Shown here piece after piece: positions 18,151 to 27,325 of a stretch of 64,000 bases of DNA; position 1 is the first letter of the stretch; the number at the start of each line of letters is the position of its first letter. A program made the position numbers and the translations under genes. Origin of the DNA: an uncultured virus (IMG/VR IMGVR_UViG_3300046003_004339). Lineage: Duplodnaviria > Heunggongvirae > Uroviricota > Caudoviricetes. The notes beneath the pieces are model-generated. The model was not told the origin of the DNA. It saw nothing but the letters and a program-made list of their open reading frames with translations, and did not search any database. The stretch lies in IMG/VR virus record IMGVR_UViG_3300046003_004339. One strand, 5' to 3'.

Positions 18151-18205
18151 AGATTTTATTTGTGTCAGATTAAGTTAAAATGCCAATATGTCAACATATT
18201 TATGA

Positions 18206-19624
18206 TTGTATATGGAATACACCGATTTTTTTACAGATTTGCTGCTTGAACACACAAAAGAGATATTGCCGGATATATTTGCCGCAATCGAGGCTGAAAA
18301 AGACCCAATGTCGGGCGTACATTTCTCTAGGGGGATACCTAAAAATAAACCAGCCGATATTCCAAAATTGCAAGGTGAAAAAAACCGCCTGCCGCATCTT
18401 GGCATAAACAAGAGCCCCGGTCACAATGACCCACTGGGAATTTATGCATTTCCAAAAGAATATGTGTTGAGTGGTGGATTGAAACATAACTCTGGCTTTT
18501 ACAACTCTGACTATTGGTATATAATCCGGCCAATAAGAAGCAAATGTAAAATATTGAATTTATCTAAGTTGACAGATGCAGAACTGGGCGAATTGCTCAA
18601 AAAGATGGAAATACCAGAAAAATATCTTACTGATCCATCGGTATACCACAAAAGTAACAAAAGTAAAACGCCCGGTCATATGCTATGGGGTATAATGGAA
18701 AAGTATAAACAGGACAATAAAAACTGGAATAACTTTGGTTGGAACAAACTTTTTAAAAAGGCCGATGTAAATGTATTGGTGGACGAGGGTGATAGCATCA
18801 TACATTCGAACGAGCCTAGTCAAATAGTTTATATGGAACCGGGAACATACGAAGTGATAAAGACCGGCACAAGGCGTGCAAAATCGTCAAATGTTCTTGC
18901 TGCTGTGATAAAACATTTTCCAGAATATCGTGCGGTTCGGGGCAATCCGCATGGGCAAAGCGACACTTACATTGTAACTTTAACTCACCCGAAGCTTCGT
19001 GGTATTCAGATACGACTTGAATATTATGAAAGTTCAACCCCCGATTTGACTGTGTCTATATATGGACTTGGTGATTCACACCAAATGAAATATACAAGTT
19101 ATGAAGGTCTTTATGGTCAGAATTATAGCTATCATTTAGACCCGGACAAAATTGCGGCTGATATCAAGAATTTTATAGAAACAAATAAAGATAAGTACAA
19201 GCCGGATTATACTAACGATTTAAATGCGCGGGATTCTCAGATAATGAAGAAAATATCTGAGTATTATAAAATTGCATTGGACAAGCGCAATCTCAGAAAG
19301 CTTGTTAAACAATATACTCACCGTGGTTATCCTGTCAAGTTTGAATTGATGGCATATGATAACAAACTTCAAATTTCAATTAGTCGCTACGAAAGATACT
19401 CTTCATATAATTATGGCCACGTTTCTGGTATAGATTATACTGTATATGGTGGCGACGTTGAAGCTATTATGAAAGCCGCGTTTAAGTCGCTGGAAGACCA
19501 AATAGAGTCTACGAAGCCATATAGAAATGATTGGGCATTTGACATTAATAAGACAGATGCACTTCGCACCATAAAGTTTCTACAGCAAAGAGTTTTTACG
19601 CATAGAAGCAAATCGCCGGAATAA
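18206..19624 (+). CDS. hypothetical protein, possibly virion-internal
   Basis: 472-aa ORF, upstream ATATTTAT, N-terminal LLLE, GIN...PLGIYAFP motif. Confidence 0.75.
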   Translation: MYMEYTDFFTDLLLEHTKEILPDIFAAIEAEKDPMSGVHFSRGIPKNKPADIPKLQGEKNRLPHLGINKSPGHNDPLGIYAFPKEYVLSGGLKHNSGFYNSDYWYIIRPIRSKCKILNLSKLTDAELGELLKKMEIPEKYLTDPSVYHKSNKSKTPGHMLWGIMEKYKQDNKNWNNFGWNKLFKKADVNVLVDEGDSIIHSNEPSQIVYMEPGTYEVIKTGTRRAKSSNVLAAVIKHFPEYRAVRGNPHGQSDTYIVTLTHPKLRGIQIRLEYYESSTPDLTVSIYGLGDSHQMKYTSYEGLYGQNYSYHLDPDKIAADIKNFIETNKDKYKPDYTNDLNARDSQIMKKISEYYKIALDKRNLRKLVKQYTHRGYPVKFELMAYDNKLQISISRYERYSSYNYGHVSGIDYTVYGGDVEAIMKAAFKSLEDQIESTKPYRNDWAFDINKTDALRTIKFLQQRVFTHRSKSPE

Positions 19625-19660
19625 TAAATTAGGATATATTATTCCGGCGAGTGGATTTAC

Positions 19661-20617
19661 TTATGAAGTGAATGCTCCCCATCCGGCTTTTATAGCAAAT
19701 TTGATTTTATTGAATAGAGATTTTGGCTTCTTGGAAGTTGTCGATGTGAGGTGTGACCTTTTCTCAGTCGTGGAAAATGTATTGGACGAAGGCTGCGGCC
19801 CTGCTATTTTTAGATTGTCCAATGTCACAGACTCATCTGTCGATTTTGCCGTTTTTTTCCGCTTTTCCTTGTAATATTTGTTGTGTTTGACCTTAGCTTC
19901 ACTGGTCCACGATTTCTTACCATTCTTGAATTCTCTTTGATACAACCATTTTCCTCTCGGTGTCATCTTGAAGTCTACCACCTTTGCCATTCCTAGCATT
20001 TGTCCTTTTGGCACTGGGTCATCTATTACGAATTCTTTGACTGGTGCAATCGGGTCTTCGATTATGAATTTATTCGTCTCGGTAGAAGAATCCACATGTT
20101 TCGCAATTTTCGGCGAGGATGCTGCGCTAGCCGCACATGCAGCGGAGATTGATTTTCCTGTGTATTGTTTATTGTCTATCTGTTTATCAGTATTTGCTAC
20201 GGTGTTCATTTTTTTTGTTTTCGGTTTTTTCTTTTTTTCTTTTATTTCAAATGCTTTTTTGGTTTTTTCCATCGCGGCTTCTAATCTAAGTTTGCGCATT
20301 TCATTAGTTGATATATTTTTCAAATAGTCGTCAAAAAATAAAATAATTTTGCAGGCGTCTTCGCTGTATATCATGTTTTGGCAATTTTTGATGATATTTT
20401 TGATGTGCGGAACAGTCAACAATGACACCGGCTTAATTTCGTACTTATATTTACGTTCGTTGACCGTTTTTCTCCAAGCTCCATTTCTTAGCAATTCATA
20501 GACTCCAATACTGGAATACTTCTTATTTAATTCCGGCTGTGACATTTTATCACAATCAAGTTCTACGCGTAAAATGGCAATCGTCTCTTCGGGTGTTGGT
20601 ATACTACTTATATTCAT
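19661..20617 (-). CDS. hypothetical Lys-rich protein
   Basis: 318-aa ORF. Confidence 0.7.
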   Translation of the reverse strand: MNISSIPTPEETIAILRVELDCDKMSQPELNKKYSSIGVYELLRNGAWRKTVNERKYKYEIKPVSLLTVPHIKNIIKNCQNMIYSEDACKIILFFDDYLKNISTNEMRKLRLEAAMEKTKKAFEIKEKKKKPKTKKMNTVANTDKQIDNKQYTGKSISAACAASAASSPKIAKHVDSSTETNKFIIEDPIAPVKEFVIDDPVPKGQMLGMAKVVDFKMTPRGKWLYQREFKNGKKSWTSEAKVKHNKYYKEKRKKTAKSTDESVTLDNLKIAGPQPSSNTFSTTEKRSHLTSTTSKKPKSLFNKIKFAIKAGWGAFTS

Positions 20618-20939
20618 TTTCTTCGGTATCTGTCATAATTATTTTGCTAATATCACTCAGTCGTAGCAAATTAGAAGAAAGATTTACAAATTCTTTCTTT
20701 TCTATTGCCGCAAGTTCCAATGCGATATGCATCTGTTTCACTTCATCTTCTATTGTTTGTCTGGCAATGTCGCGGTTAGATTTTGGTAGATTTTGGTAAA
20801 ATCTACTTGGATGTGTTCCATCTTTCGTATATATCATCCATCCAATTTTGTATGTAGGAGCGTATGATATTTTTGATGTCGGTGAATTTGCATCATTTAG
20901 TGGATTTGGATTTTTCTTGAACCATCGTTTGATATTCAT
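20604..20939 (-). CDS. hypothetical protein
   Basis: Coupled ORF. Confidence 0.65.
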   Translation of the reverse strand: MNIKRWFKKNPNPLNDANSPTSKISYAPTYKIGWMIYTKDGTHPSRFYQNLPKSNRDIARQTIEDEVKQMHIALELAAIEKKEFVNLSSNLLRLSDISKIIMTDTEENEYK

Positions 20940-21676
20940 TGTTGTGTTTTTGATTTTTTATATTGTGTCCAAGCAGTTTCTTTTGTTGTAATAAATCCTA
21001 CCGGACCAACGTCTGGATATGCTTCATTATATGCAGATTTATGTCCTGAGTTCCATCCTGCACAAAATGCTGCATATACTGGGTCGCGCGTTTGTCTGTG
21101 TATATCCAAGATTTTTTCTCTGCGAATTTGCTCACAGACCAAATCAATGGCCAAAAAACTACATCCTTTGCGTTCGCATAATGCTATAGAATTTGATATA
21201 TGACTGTCTGTCATCTTCTTTATTTCAATAAATGTGCCGTCTTTTTGACGCCAGAATCCTTCTGGTGTTTGTGGTCTGCCGTCACCAGCATAGCTATCCT
21301 CAACATCCCAATTCAGTTGTTCCAATGCATAATCTGCCATGTCGCCCATATGTTTGTTTGTTTGTTTGTTTATTGGAGCGTGAGAATTCCAAGGCGGAAC
21401 GTCTGCACTTGGCCATCCACTACCATAACCATGCCCACGTTTATCTAAATAATCCGCAGTGTCATTTTCGTCGCCATTTGTAAAACCATGCTCCATATGT
21501 TTGTTTGTGTTTTTATGTTCTCGTGGATACATTTCATTTTCTTTTATATATCCCTGTGGATACTCGTCACCAATGTCATCATCTCTATAGTCTTTAGGAT
21601 ACATATTTTTATAGTCTCGGTAAGTGGTGTCACACTCGTCGTCTTCGTCGCCTGTTCTATATCCTGTTGGATACAT
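20936..21676 (-). CDS. hypothetical mosaic protein with YPxxY repeats
   Basis: MYPTGY/MYPKDY/EYPQGY/MYPREH; W.QKDG..I.I.KMTDSHI.N domain. Confidence 0.7.
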   Translation of the reverse strand: MYPTGYRTGDEDDECDTTYRDYKNMYPKDYRDDDIGDEYPQGYIKENEMYPREHKNTNKHMEHGFTNGDENDTADYLDKRGHGYGSGWPSADVPPWNSHAPINKQTNKHMGDMADYALEQLNWDVEDSYAGDGRPQTPEGFWRQKDGTFIEIKKMTDSHISNSIALCERKGCSFLAIDLVCEQIRREKILDIHRQTRDPVYAAFCAGWNSGHKSAYNEAYPDVGPVGFITTKETAWTQYKKSKTQQ

Positions 21677-21679
21677 ATA

Positions 21680-21925
21680 TCAAAACAGTTTTTCGTATTC
21701 TTTGAGTTCTTCTCTTGAGAACGAAGTTTCGGCCTCAAGATTGCCGACTTTCACTTTGTTTACTTTATCATATATAACAGTATAACCTGTTGCTCCTTCA
21801 AACTGATCTGCTTTTTTTACACAATAATCAAGTTTATATGCTACCGACATGCAAACTCTGTGGCCGTTCGGCGTTACACGGCCCATGCCCATATATATAT
21901 ATTCACCCAATTTTGGATTATTCAT
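21680..21925 (-). CDS. hypothetical protein
   Basis: ORF. Confidence 0.65.
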   Translation of the reverse strand: MNNPKLGEYIYMGMGRVTPNGHRVCMSVAYKLDYCVKKADQFEGATGYTVIYDKVNKVKVGNLEAETSFSREELKEYEKLF

Positions 21926-21942
21926 GTTTTACCCTTTCATTA

Positions 21943-22311
21943 TTATTCATCGCCACCATATTCGTATTCCGGTGGGTCATCTAATAGATCGACCAATTCT
22001 TTGAATCCTGTTACTCCCCAACAACTCGTGGATTCCGGCACTCCAAACCACGTTGACGACAACATGGATGACAAAGCCGCCACATCGCCCCTCTCCAATG
22101 CTACTCCAAATCTGGCGCTCGGGTCTAGGCTAGATGATTCTTCATTGATTATTGACGCACAAATGGTATCACACACACACTGTGCGGATTTTGCTGTAAT
22201 AGGACCGATTGAATGTGGCTCGTTACCTCTGTATGGGTAATAGTTACCAACGACTTCCAACAGTACGGAGCCATTTTGGCGGCATTGCTCAAGCCATTCG
22301 TCTTTTTTCAT
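21943..22311 (-). CDS. hypothetical protein
   Basis: ORF with upstream TTGACA-N17-TATGGT. Confidence 0.65.
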   Translation of the reverse strand: MKKDEWLEQCRQNGSVLLEVVGNYYPYRGNEPHSIGPITAKSAQCVCDTICASIINEESSSLDPSARFGVALERGDVAALSSMLSSTWFGVPESTSCWGVTGFKELVDLLDDPPEYEYGGDE

Positions 22312-22372
22312 TTGTGTGAGGTAACCATACTAAATTGCATTCGATTTGTCAAGCGGAATACTATTTATACTT

Positions 22373-23014
22373 GTGCTAAACTACCGAAGTTTTTATAACG
22401 AAGATTCTCCGATAGTGGAAGACTATCCGGTGGCTTGGAATAAACATGAATTCGAGAAGATTTCAAGCTTCGACGCTAAACTAAAGTATGCCTCTTCTCA
22501 TCTACCAAGAATTTCAAGTGGAACTGGTCGGGCTGTATTCAAAATTGACAATGAAAAAGCCTTGAAAATTGCAAAAAACAAAAAGGGGCTAGCCCAGAAC
22601 AATGTAGAGAGAGAAAAGTATCTCCAAAATTATAGTATCACAGCCCGCACCTTCGATTATGGAGATGAGATTAAAAGTATTGGACCATTCTGGGTTGAGA
22701 TGGAATTTGCCAAGAAAATCAACGAGCGAAGATTCGAGGAACTTACCGGCGTCAGATTCCAAGAATTTGTTACATACTATAGAAACCGTTCTCGTGGCAA
22801 TGATACCAAACGATGGGATGAAATGGACATAGAAAACAATGAGTTCGTGTCGGATTTGAACAGTCTTATTGCCGATTACGATTTTCCTGTGGGAGACATG
22901 TTGAGATTATCTAGCTACGGAGAAGTGACACGAGAAGGAAAACCGGCAATAGTATTGGTAGATTTCGGCATGACGAACACAGTATTCAACGATTATTATA
23001 AAGTACAATTATGA
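22373..23014 (+). CDS. protein-kinase-like fold protein
   Basis: SSGTGRAVF, ALKIA, QNNVE, GDM..SSYG, LVDFG; GTG start inferred. Confidence 0.65.
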   Translation: MLNYRSFYNEDSPIVEDYPVAWNKHEFEKISSFDAKLKYASSHLPRISSGTGRAVFKIDNEKALKIAKNKKGLAQNNVEREKYLQNYSITARTFDYGDEIKSIGPFWVEMEFAKKINERRFEELTGVRFQEFVTYYRNRSRGNDTKRWDEMDIENNEFVSDLNSLIADYDFPVGDMLRLSSYGEVTREGKPAIVLVDFGMTNTVFNDYYKVQL

Positions 23015-23442
23015 AAAACAAAGAAACCCCCACCTCAGTCCGAGTCGCTAGATGGTCCGCGGGTGCGGCGTTAATAACAGGAACAGTGTCTATGTTTAAT
23101 ACTGTGTGGACCGAGCGTCCGTGGTGGATGGTATCAGAAAAAACTTCAATCGACACTGCTACGTCCGCCAATATGGCAATGGTAATGTCAACATCACCCG
23201 GCCCGGAACTAGGAGTATTCAACGACTTTCTAGTGCGGATGGAACACAGCCCAATCTCAACTTGGTTGATTATTGGGTCTGTTGTTATAATTGTAGTATT
23301 CGCCGCAATAGAATATTTTCATCATCGCCAAAAAAATAAAACAAAGATTATCGTTATATCTACAAGCAATGGAACTTCGGGTCCAATTGGCACAGATAAT
23401 TATACCAGTGCTACCGGCACAAACGGAACGTCTGGTGAATAA
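23011..23442 (+). CDS. membrane protein with two hydrophobic segments
   Basis: WSAGAALITGTVSMF and WLIIGSVVIIVVFAAIEYF followed by basic residues. Confidence 0.6.
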   Translation: MKNKETPTSVRVARWSAGAALITGTVSMFNTVWTERPWWMVSEKTSIDTATSANMAMVMSTSPGPELGVFNDFLVRMEHSPISTWLIIGSVVIIVVFAAIEYFHHRQKNKTKIIVISTSNGTSGPIGTDNYTSATGTNGTSGE

Positions 23443-23490
23443 ACTTTTTACCCTTCACGGGGTAAAATACTGCGTTGGTCACGTAGTCAT

Positions 23491-23525
23491 AAAAACCCCC
23501 TCCGCTGGAACCGGAGGGGGTTTTT
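23491..23525. terminator. bidirectional intrinsic terminator
   Basis: AAAAACCCCCTCCG-CTGGAAC-CGGAGGGGGTTTTT between convergent genes. Confidence 0.85.
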
Positions 23526-23528
23526 CTT

Positions 23529-24521
23529 TTATAGCTTAGAGATGCGTCTTTTGTATAATATACCGACCAAACAGACTCCGATGAATATTGCGCCGTAAGT
23601 AGAAGGCTCTGGAACTGGTGTGTGTTTTTGCCACGTGAATCCATTTATACCATAAGGGTCCAGTCCATTTGTAGAGTTTTCTGGAAAGTAATTTGTGTTG
23701 CTCCACTCATCAAATTTACCTCTGCGCGTTGTGCTATCATTTGCAGCAATGGAATATCCATATATGGTTTGTCCATTTTTAGCACCCAAACCGAAGAAAT
23801 CTAATAGCACAGCACCAACCCCCTGACTTCCAGTCTGTGAATTTGTATTCCACGCCGCTAAATTATCTCCGTTATTGTATCTGAAGAGGTTGTAATTATA
23901 ATTGTAATTGGCAACTCCGTCCACCGTAACATTACTAGACCCATAGTCTGATGTGGATACTGTGGTTATTCTCGTAAATGAGGTTGGGGTGTTTGTGACC
24001 GAATCCCATCCAGTTATCAATGTTATATTAAATCCGTCGTGAGCATTTGCTAGACCGCGCTCAAACATTACAACGGAAAGTGATGCATTGGCTTGTATTC
24101 CAATCGTACCATTGAATAAAAAATCAACTCGTTCGATATTTCCCGCGTCGGCGGAATTTCCGTTGTTAAATAAATTGTCAGACGAACGATATATGTTGTT
24201 GCTCAATAGAACGTTCTGTAATGTTGTAGCATACGTGGAAGAAAACCCCGATGGGCTGGAAGAGAATGTGACCGAAGTATTGTTTGAATTTCCAACGGCG
24301 GTATTTCTGCGCACAAATACATCGGTTCCCATTGCACTGGGAGTATACGTGTTGCCAGCGGCATCGGACATGCCTATTACGGCCCGATTTAAGCCATCAA
24401 ACGTAGTTCCCCCTACTGTTGTGGCCCCAATGCTCGTTGTTGTCGTAGTTATGTTTGTAATGGCGGTCTGTGCGGTAGCCAGAGTCGCCATTAACATAAA
24501 TGCCAAGATTAATTTTTTCAT
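23529..24521 (-). CDS. PEP-CTERM sorting-domain surface protein
   Basis: Signal peptide MKKLILAFMLMATLATA; T/S/N/G-rich body; C-terminal VPEPSTYGAIFIGVCLVGILYKRR. Confidence 0.88.
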   Translation of the reverse strand: MKKLILAFMLMATLATAQTAITNITTTTTSIGATTVGGTTFDGLNRAVIGMSDAAGNTYTPSAMGTDVFVRRNTAVGNSNNTSVTFSSSPSGFSSTYATTLQNVLLSNNIYRSSDNLFNNGNSADAGNIERVDFLFNGTIGIQANASLSVVMFERGLANAHDGFNITLITGWDSVTNTPTSFTRITTVSTSDYGSSNVTVDGVANYNYNYNLFRYNNGDNLAAWNTNSQTGSQGVGAVLLDFFGLGAKNGQTIYGYSIAANDSTTRRGKFDEWSNTNYFPENSTNGLDPYGINGFTWQKHTPVPEPSTYGAIFIGVCLVGILYKRRISKL

Positions 24522-24562
24522 ATTATATAAATATGAATCTATTATGAGTATAATTTTTATAA

Positions 24563-25423
24563 TTATGGCACTCCAAGTATGCAATTATTTATTTTAAGTT
24601 TTACTGATTCTACTGATATTTTCTTTGTACATTCAAAGTTTTTATTTCTGGGGCAATACATCCAACCTGTATGCACACCATTTATATTATCAATTGTCGG
24701 GTCATTTAAACATCCATGACAAACGTCTTTATTTATTACACGATAGCAACCTTCTTTAAATTCATTGTCTTCGTCTGTGCAACCCGATACCATGACAACT
24801 TTTTTGTTTAATGCCCATGCTACCCATGACAGTCCTCCGCTCAGTCCAATAAAGAATTCACAGTTCTTTATCTGCTCCATTCTTAGCTGAATAGGATAGT
24901 CGCCCGTTTCGTTGTATGCACCTTTTGGCATATAATTCCACTTGCCATCTATTCCAAATACTTCGTCCTTGTCTATGCAATATACATCATAACCCTTATC
25001 CTTAACAAACTTGACAATCTTGTCCCATCCATTCGGGTTCCAATATTTCATCTGTGCGGTGGACTGTACGCTAATACAGACATATTTCTTCTTTCGATTG
25101 AAACTATATTTTGGGTTGAGTCGAAGCTTGGGCCTTATTTCTTTATATTCTAGCCCAAGAGCATCGCATATAATTTTTTGGAGCGGTCCTCTCTGAAATG
25201 CAAATCTTACATCAATTACCTTGGCCCCAGCACACTCAAATTCTAGACTAACAAATTCAACATTTGGATTGTCCGTGTCTAGTATGGTGTGCCATTTCGT
25301 CTTTACGAATATTTTTCCCCCATGCTTCTTTTGATATAAATCTGCGTATGGAGAGAATGCTATATTATCTCCGAGAGCATGACTGATGAAATGTATGATG
25401 GTGATGTTCAAGCATTTATCCAA
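24563..25423 (-). CDS. GT9-family glycosyltransferase, Aah/TibC autotransporter-heptosyltransferase-like
   Basis: ALGD.IAF, STAQMKYWN, FFIGLSGGLSWVAWA, CHGC...CPR...ECTK. Confidence 0.8.
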   Translation of the reverse strand: MDKCLNITIIHFISHALGDNIAFSPYADLYQKKHGGKIFVKTKWHTILDTDNPNVEFVSLEFECAGAKVIDVRFAFQRGPLQKIICDALGLEYKEIRPKLRLNPKYSFNRKKKYVCISVQSTAQMKYWNPNGWDKIVKFVKDKGYDVYCIDKDEVFGIDGKWNYMPKGAYNETGDYPIQLRMEQIKNCEFFIGLSGGLSWVAWALNKKVVMVSGCTDEDNEFKEGCYRVINKDVCHGCLNDPTIDNINGVHTGWMYCPRNKNFECTKKISVESVKLKINNCILGVP

Positions 25424-25686
25424 ACTTTGAAGGCTTTAGTCCACTGAGAATATTTTCTATTATGTTTCTTGGATGTACTCTCTATATGCTTTTTAAATCC
25501 CTCGTACCAATGAGAAGTATACATATCTCCGTACAAAGTCCAGCAATAATCATCCAGCGTAAAGATAGAATCAGATTGCTTCTTATCTTTTAAAACGTCT
25601 ATACTGCGAAGATAATCTCCCCAACCGACTTGCATGTCCTCCGCTTCGGCGTAGAACTTTTTTGTCTTAATATTTGATTTAATCAC
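25408..25686 (-). CDS. hypothetical protein
   Basis: Coupled ORF. Confidence 0.6.
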   Translation of the reverse strand: MIKSNIKTKKFYAEAEDMQVGWGDYLRSIDVLKDKKQSDSIFTLDDYCWTLYGDMYTSHWYEGFKKHIESTSKKHNRKYSQWTKAFKVWINA

Positions 25687-26240
25687 GGTAATCTAATTCT
25701 TATATATCCGATGGATGCCTCCAAACAGCGTAAAAATCTAGCAACTTGCTTTCTTCCTTTTCCCCATATAGAAGTATCGAAGATGTATTTGTTATACCAT
25801 TTGTTGCGCCTCACTTTTGCTTCTTCAAATATAGCTTCAAGTCTCTTTCTTGATTCTGTGTTGTCGGTTGTTTTGAACTTTACCAATTCAACTTTTTCCA
25901 TAACACCATTTGTAAATACAGCATTATATTCCATCCAGCAATCAAGATTATCAACTGCTTCAATATGATAAAAGTTTAGCGTACCATGATATTGAGTATC
26001 AACTAAATATGGTTCTTGTTTGTCCAAATACCCACCAAACAAATCGTCCTTTTTTTCTATCCACGTTGTTTCTTTATATTTCTGCTCAAGCAGTTTACCA
26101 CCCTGAATGAAATAAGTATCCAAAGAACAATGAAGGTCTTTGGTTTGAAAACTATATACATTCTTGTCTAGACCAAGTTTTACCATTTCATCATTGAATG
26201 GTAGTTTATCTGATACTGATATATTGTCAAACATTCCCAT
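25683..26240 (-). CDS. conserved phage hypothetical protein
   Basis: MGMFD...FQTKDL...EY.A.FT.G. Confidence 0.75.
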   Translation of the reverse strand: MGMFDNISVSDKLPFNDEMVKLGLDKNVYSFQTKDLHCSLDTYFIQGGKLLEQKYKETTWIEKKDDLFGGYLDKQEPYLVDTQYHGTLNFYHIEAVDNLDCWMEYNAVFTNGVMEKVELVKFKTTDNTESRKRLEAIFEEAKVRRNKWYNKYIFDTSIWGKGRKQVARFLRCLEASIGYIRIRLP

Positions 26241-26246
26241 GATATT

Positions 26247-26603
26247 TTATCCTTTCAAGATTTTCTTTGATGTGTTTGGTTTTACCGATTTGTATTCTAC
26301 CCACTTTTTCACAAGTTCGTTGTGTTGTTCACGAGAACAACAAAAATACCACTGTTTCACGTCGTGTATATCACCCGACAATATATAACCAATGATTGTT
26401 GTTTCATCGGATGTATTCCAACCATTTCGCTCAATACTGAAAACATTTATATCTGGATTGGCAAAATCAAATGCAAACAAACATTCTGTTCTTGCGGCAA
26501 TCTTTTCAAGAACTTGTTTTTCGTCGTCCATCAACTTTTCCATATGCTCTGCAACGGCAGTGTCTTTGATAAGTTCAATTTCTTTATTGGTTAGAATTTT
26601 CAT
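26247..26603 (-). CDS. hypothetical protein
   Basis: FDF...VFSIER motif; own promoter. Confidence 0.7.
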   Translation of the reverse strand: MKILTNKEIELIKDTAVAEHMEKLMDDEKQVLEKIAARTECLFAFDFANPDINVFSIERNGWNTSDETTIIGYILSGDIHDVKQWYFCCSREQHNELVKKWVEYKSVKPNTSKKILKG

Positions 26604-26645
26604 ATAGTAAATATTATGTCTATTTTCGTGTGATTGTCAATACAT

Positions 26646-26948
26646 TTACGATTTGTCCCAAATTTTCTTTAGTGTATTATAAAAGTTGATGACCGCAAAG
26701 ACTGCGCACAATAGAAAAAACAGTGTGACAATTACTATCGCCCCAACAAGCATTGTGGTGGGATTTCCAGATGGAAAAATGGTTGCAGGAATAAACAGGT
26801 TTGCAATCCAACCTATGCACCAAGATATCCCAAACATACAACCTAATATTGCAATTTGAATTGCACACGACTTTCCGAGAGATTTGGCTTCTGGAATCTC
26901 TTTGCGCAGAGATGTGCCAACGTTTTTGATAAAATTTAATAGTTTCAT
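26646..26948 (-). CDS. two-TM membrane protein
   Basis: Two hydrophobic helices. Confidence 0.65.
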   Translation of the reverse strand: MKLLNFIKNVGTSLRKEIPEAKSLGKSCAIQIAILGCMFGISWCIGWIANLFIPATIFPSGNPTTMLVGAIVIVTLFFLLCAVFAVINFYNTLKKIWDKS

Positions 26949-27003
26949 TTTTTTTCGTCTTTGTTCAATTCAATACAACTTAGTTTAATGATTTTGAGGT
27001 TGG

Positions 27004-27195
27004 TTAGCAATGTTGCTCTCGGGCATTGGCTAAGAAAGTGGCCAACGACTGGCATTGTTCGTTTGGAGTGTGTGTCGTATTTGATTGATAATGAAACCCA
27101 CGCTCCTCGATTTCGTCTTGAACCATTTTGTACAAGAGATTCAAATCGGTGCGGGTTAACGTCTTCAACTTCGCTTTTGTTTTTATTTGGTCCAT
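27004..27195 (-). CDS. hypothetical protein
   Basis: ORF. Confidence 0.5.
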   Translation of the reverse strand: MDQIKTKAKLKTLTRTDLNLLYKMVQDEIEERGFHYQSNTTHTPNEQCQSLATFLANAREQHC

Positions 27196-27282
27196 ATTAA
27201 TTTAATGATTTAAGTTTTAATGCTTCCTTGATTCGTAGTAGGCGCATGACAATAATCTATCGTATCTTTTTATAGAGTCAAT

Positions 27283-27317
27283 AAAAAAGTGAGCGGATTT
27301 TTACGTCCGCTCACTTT
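27283..27317 (-). terminator. intrinsic terminator after nadV
   Basis: AAAGTGAGCGGA/TCCGCTCACTTT hairpin plus T-run. Confidence 0.85.
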
Positions 27318-27325
27318 GATTTATA

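Noticed and set aside
18330..18347. GGGGGATACCTAAAAATA resembling the ssb-flanking repeat
   Set aside because: Inside a CDS, with an insertion breaking the palindromic core; probably chance
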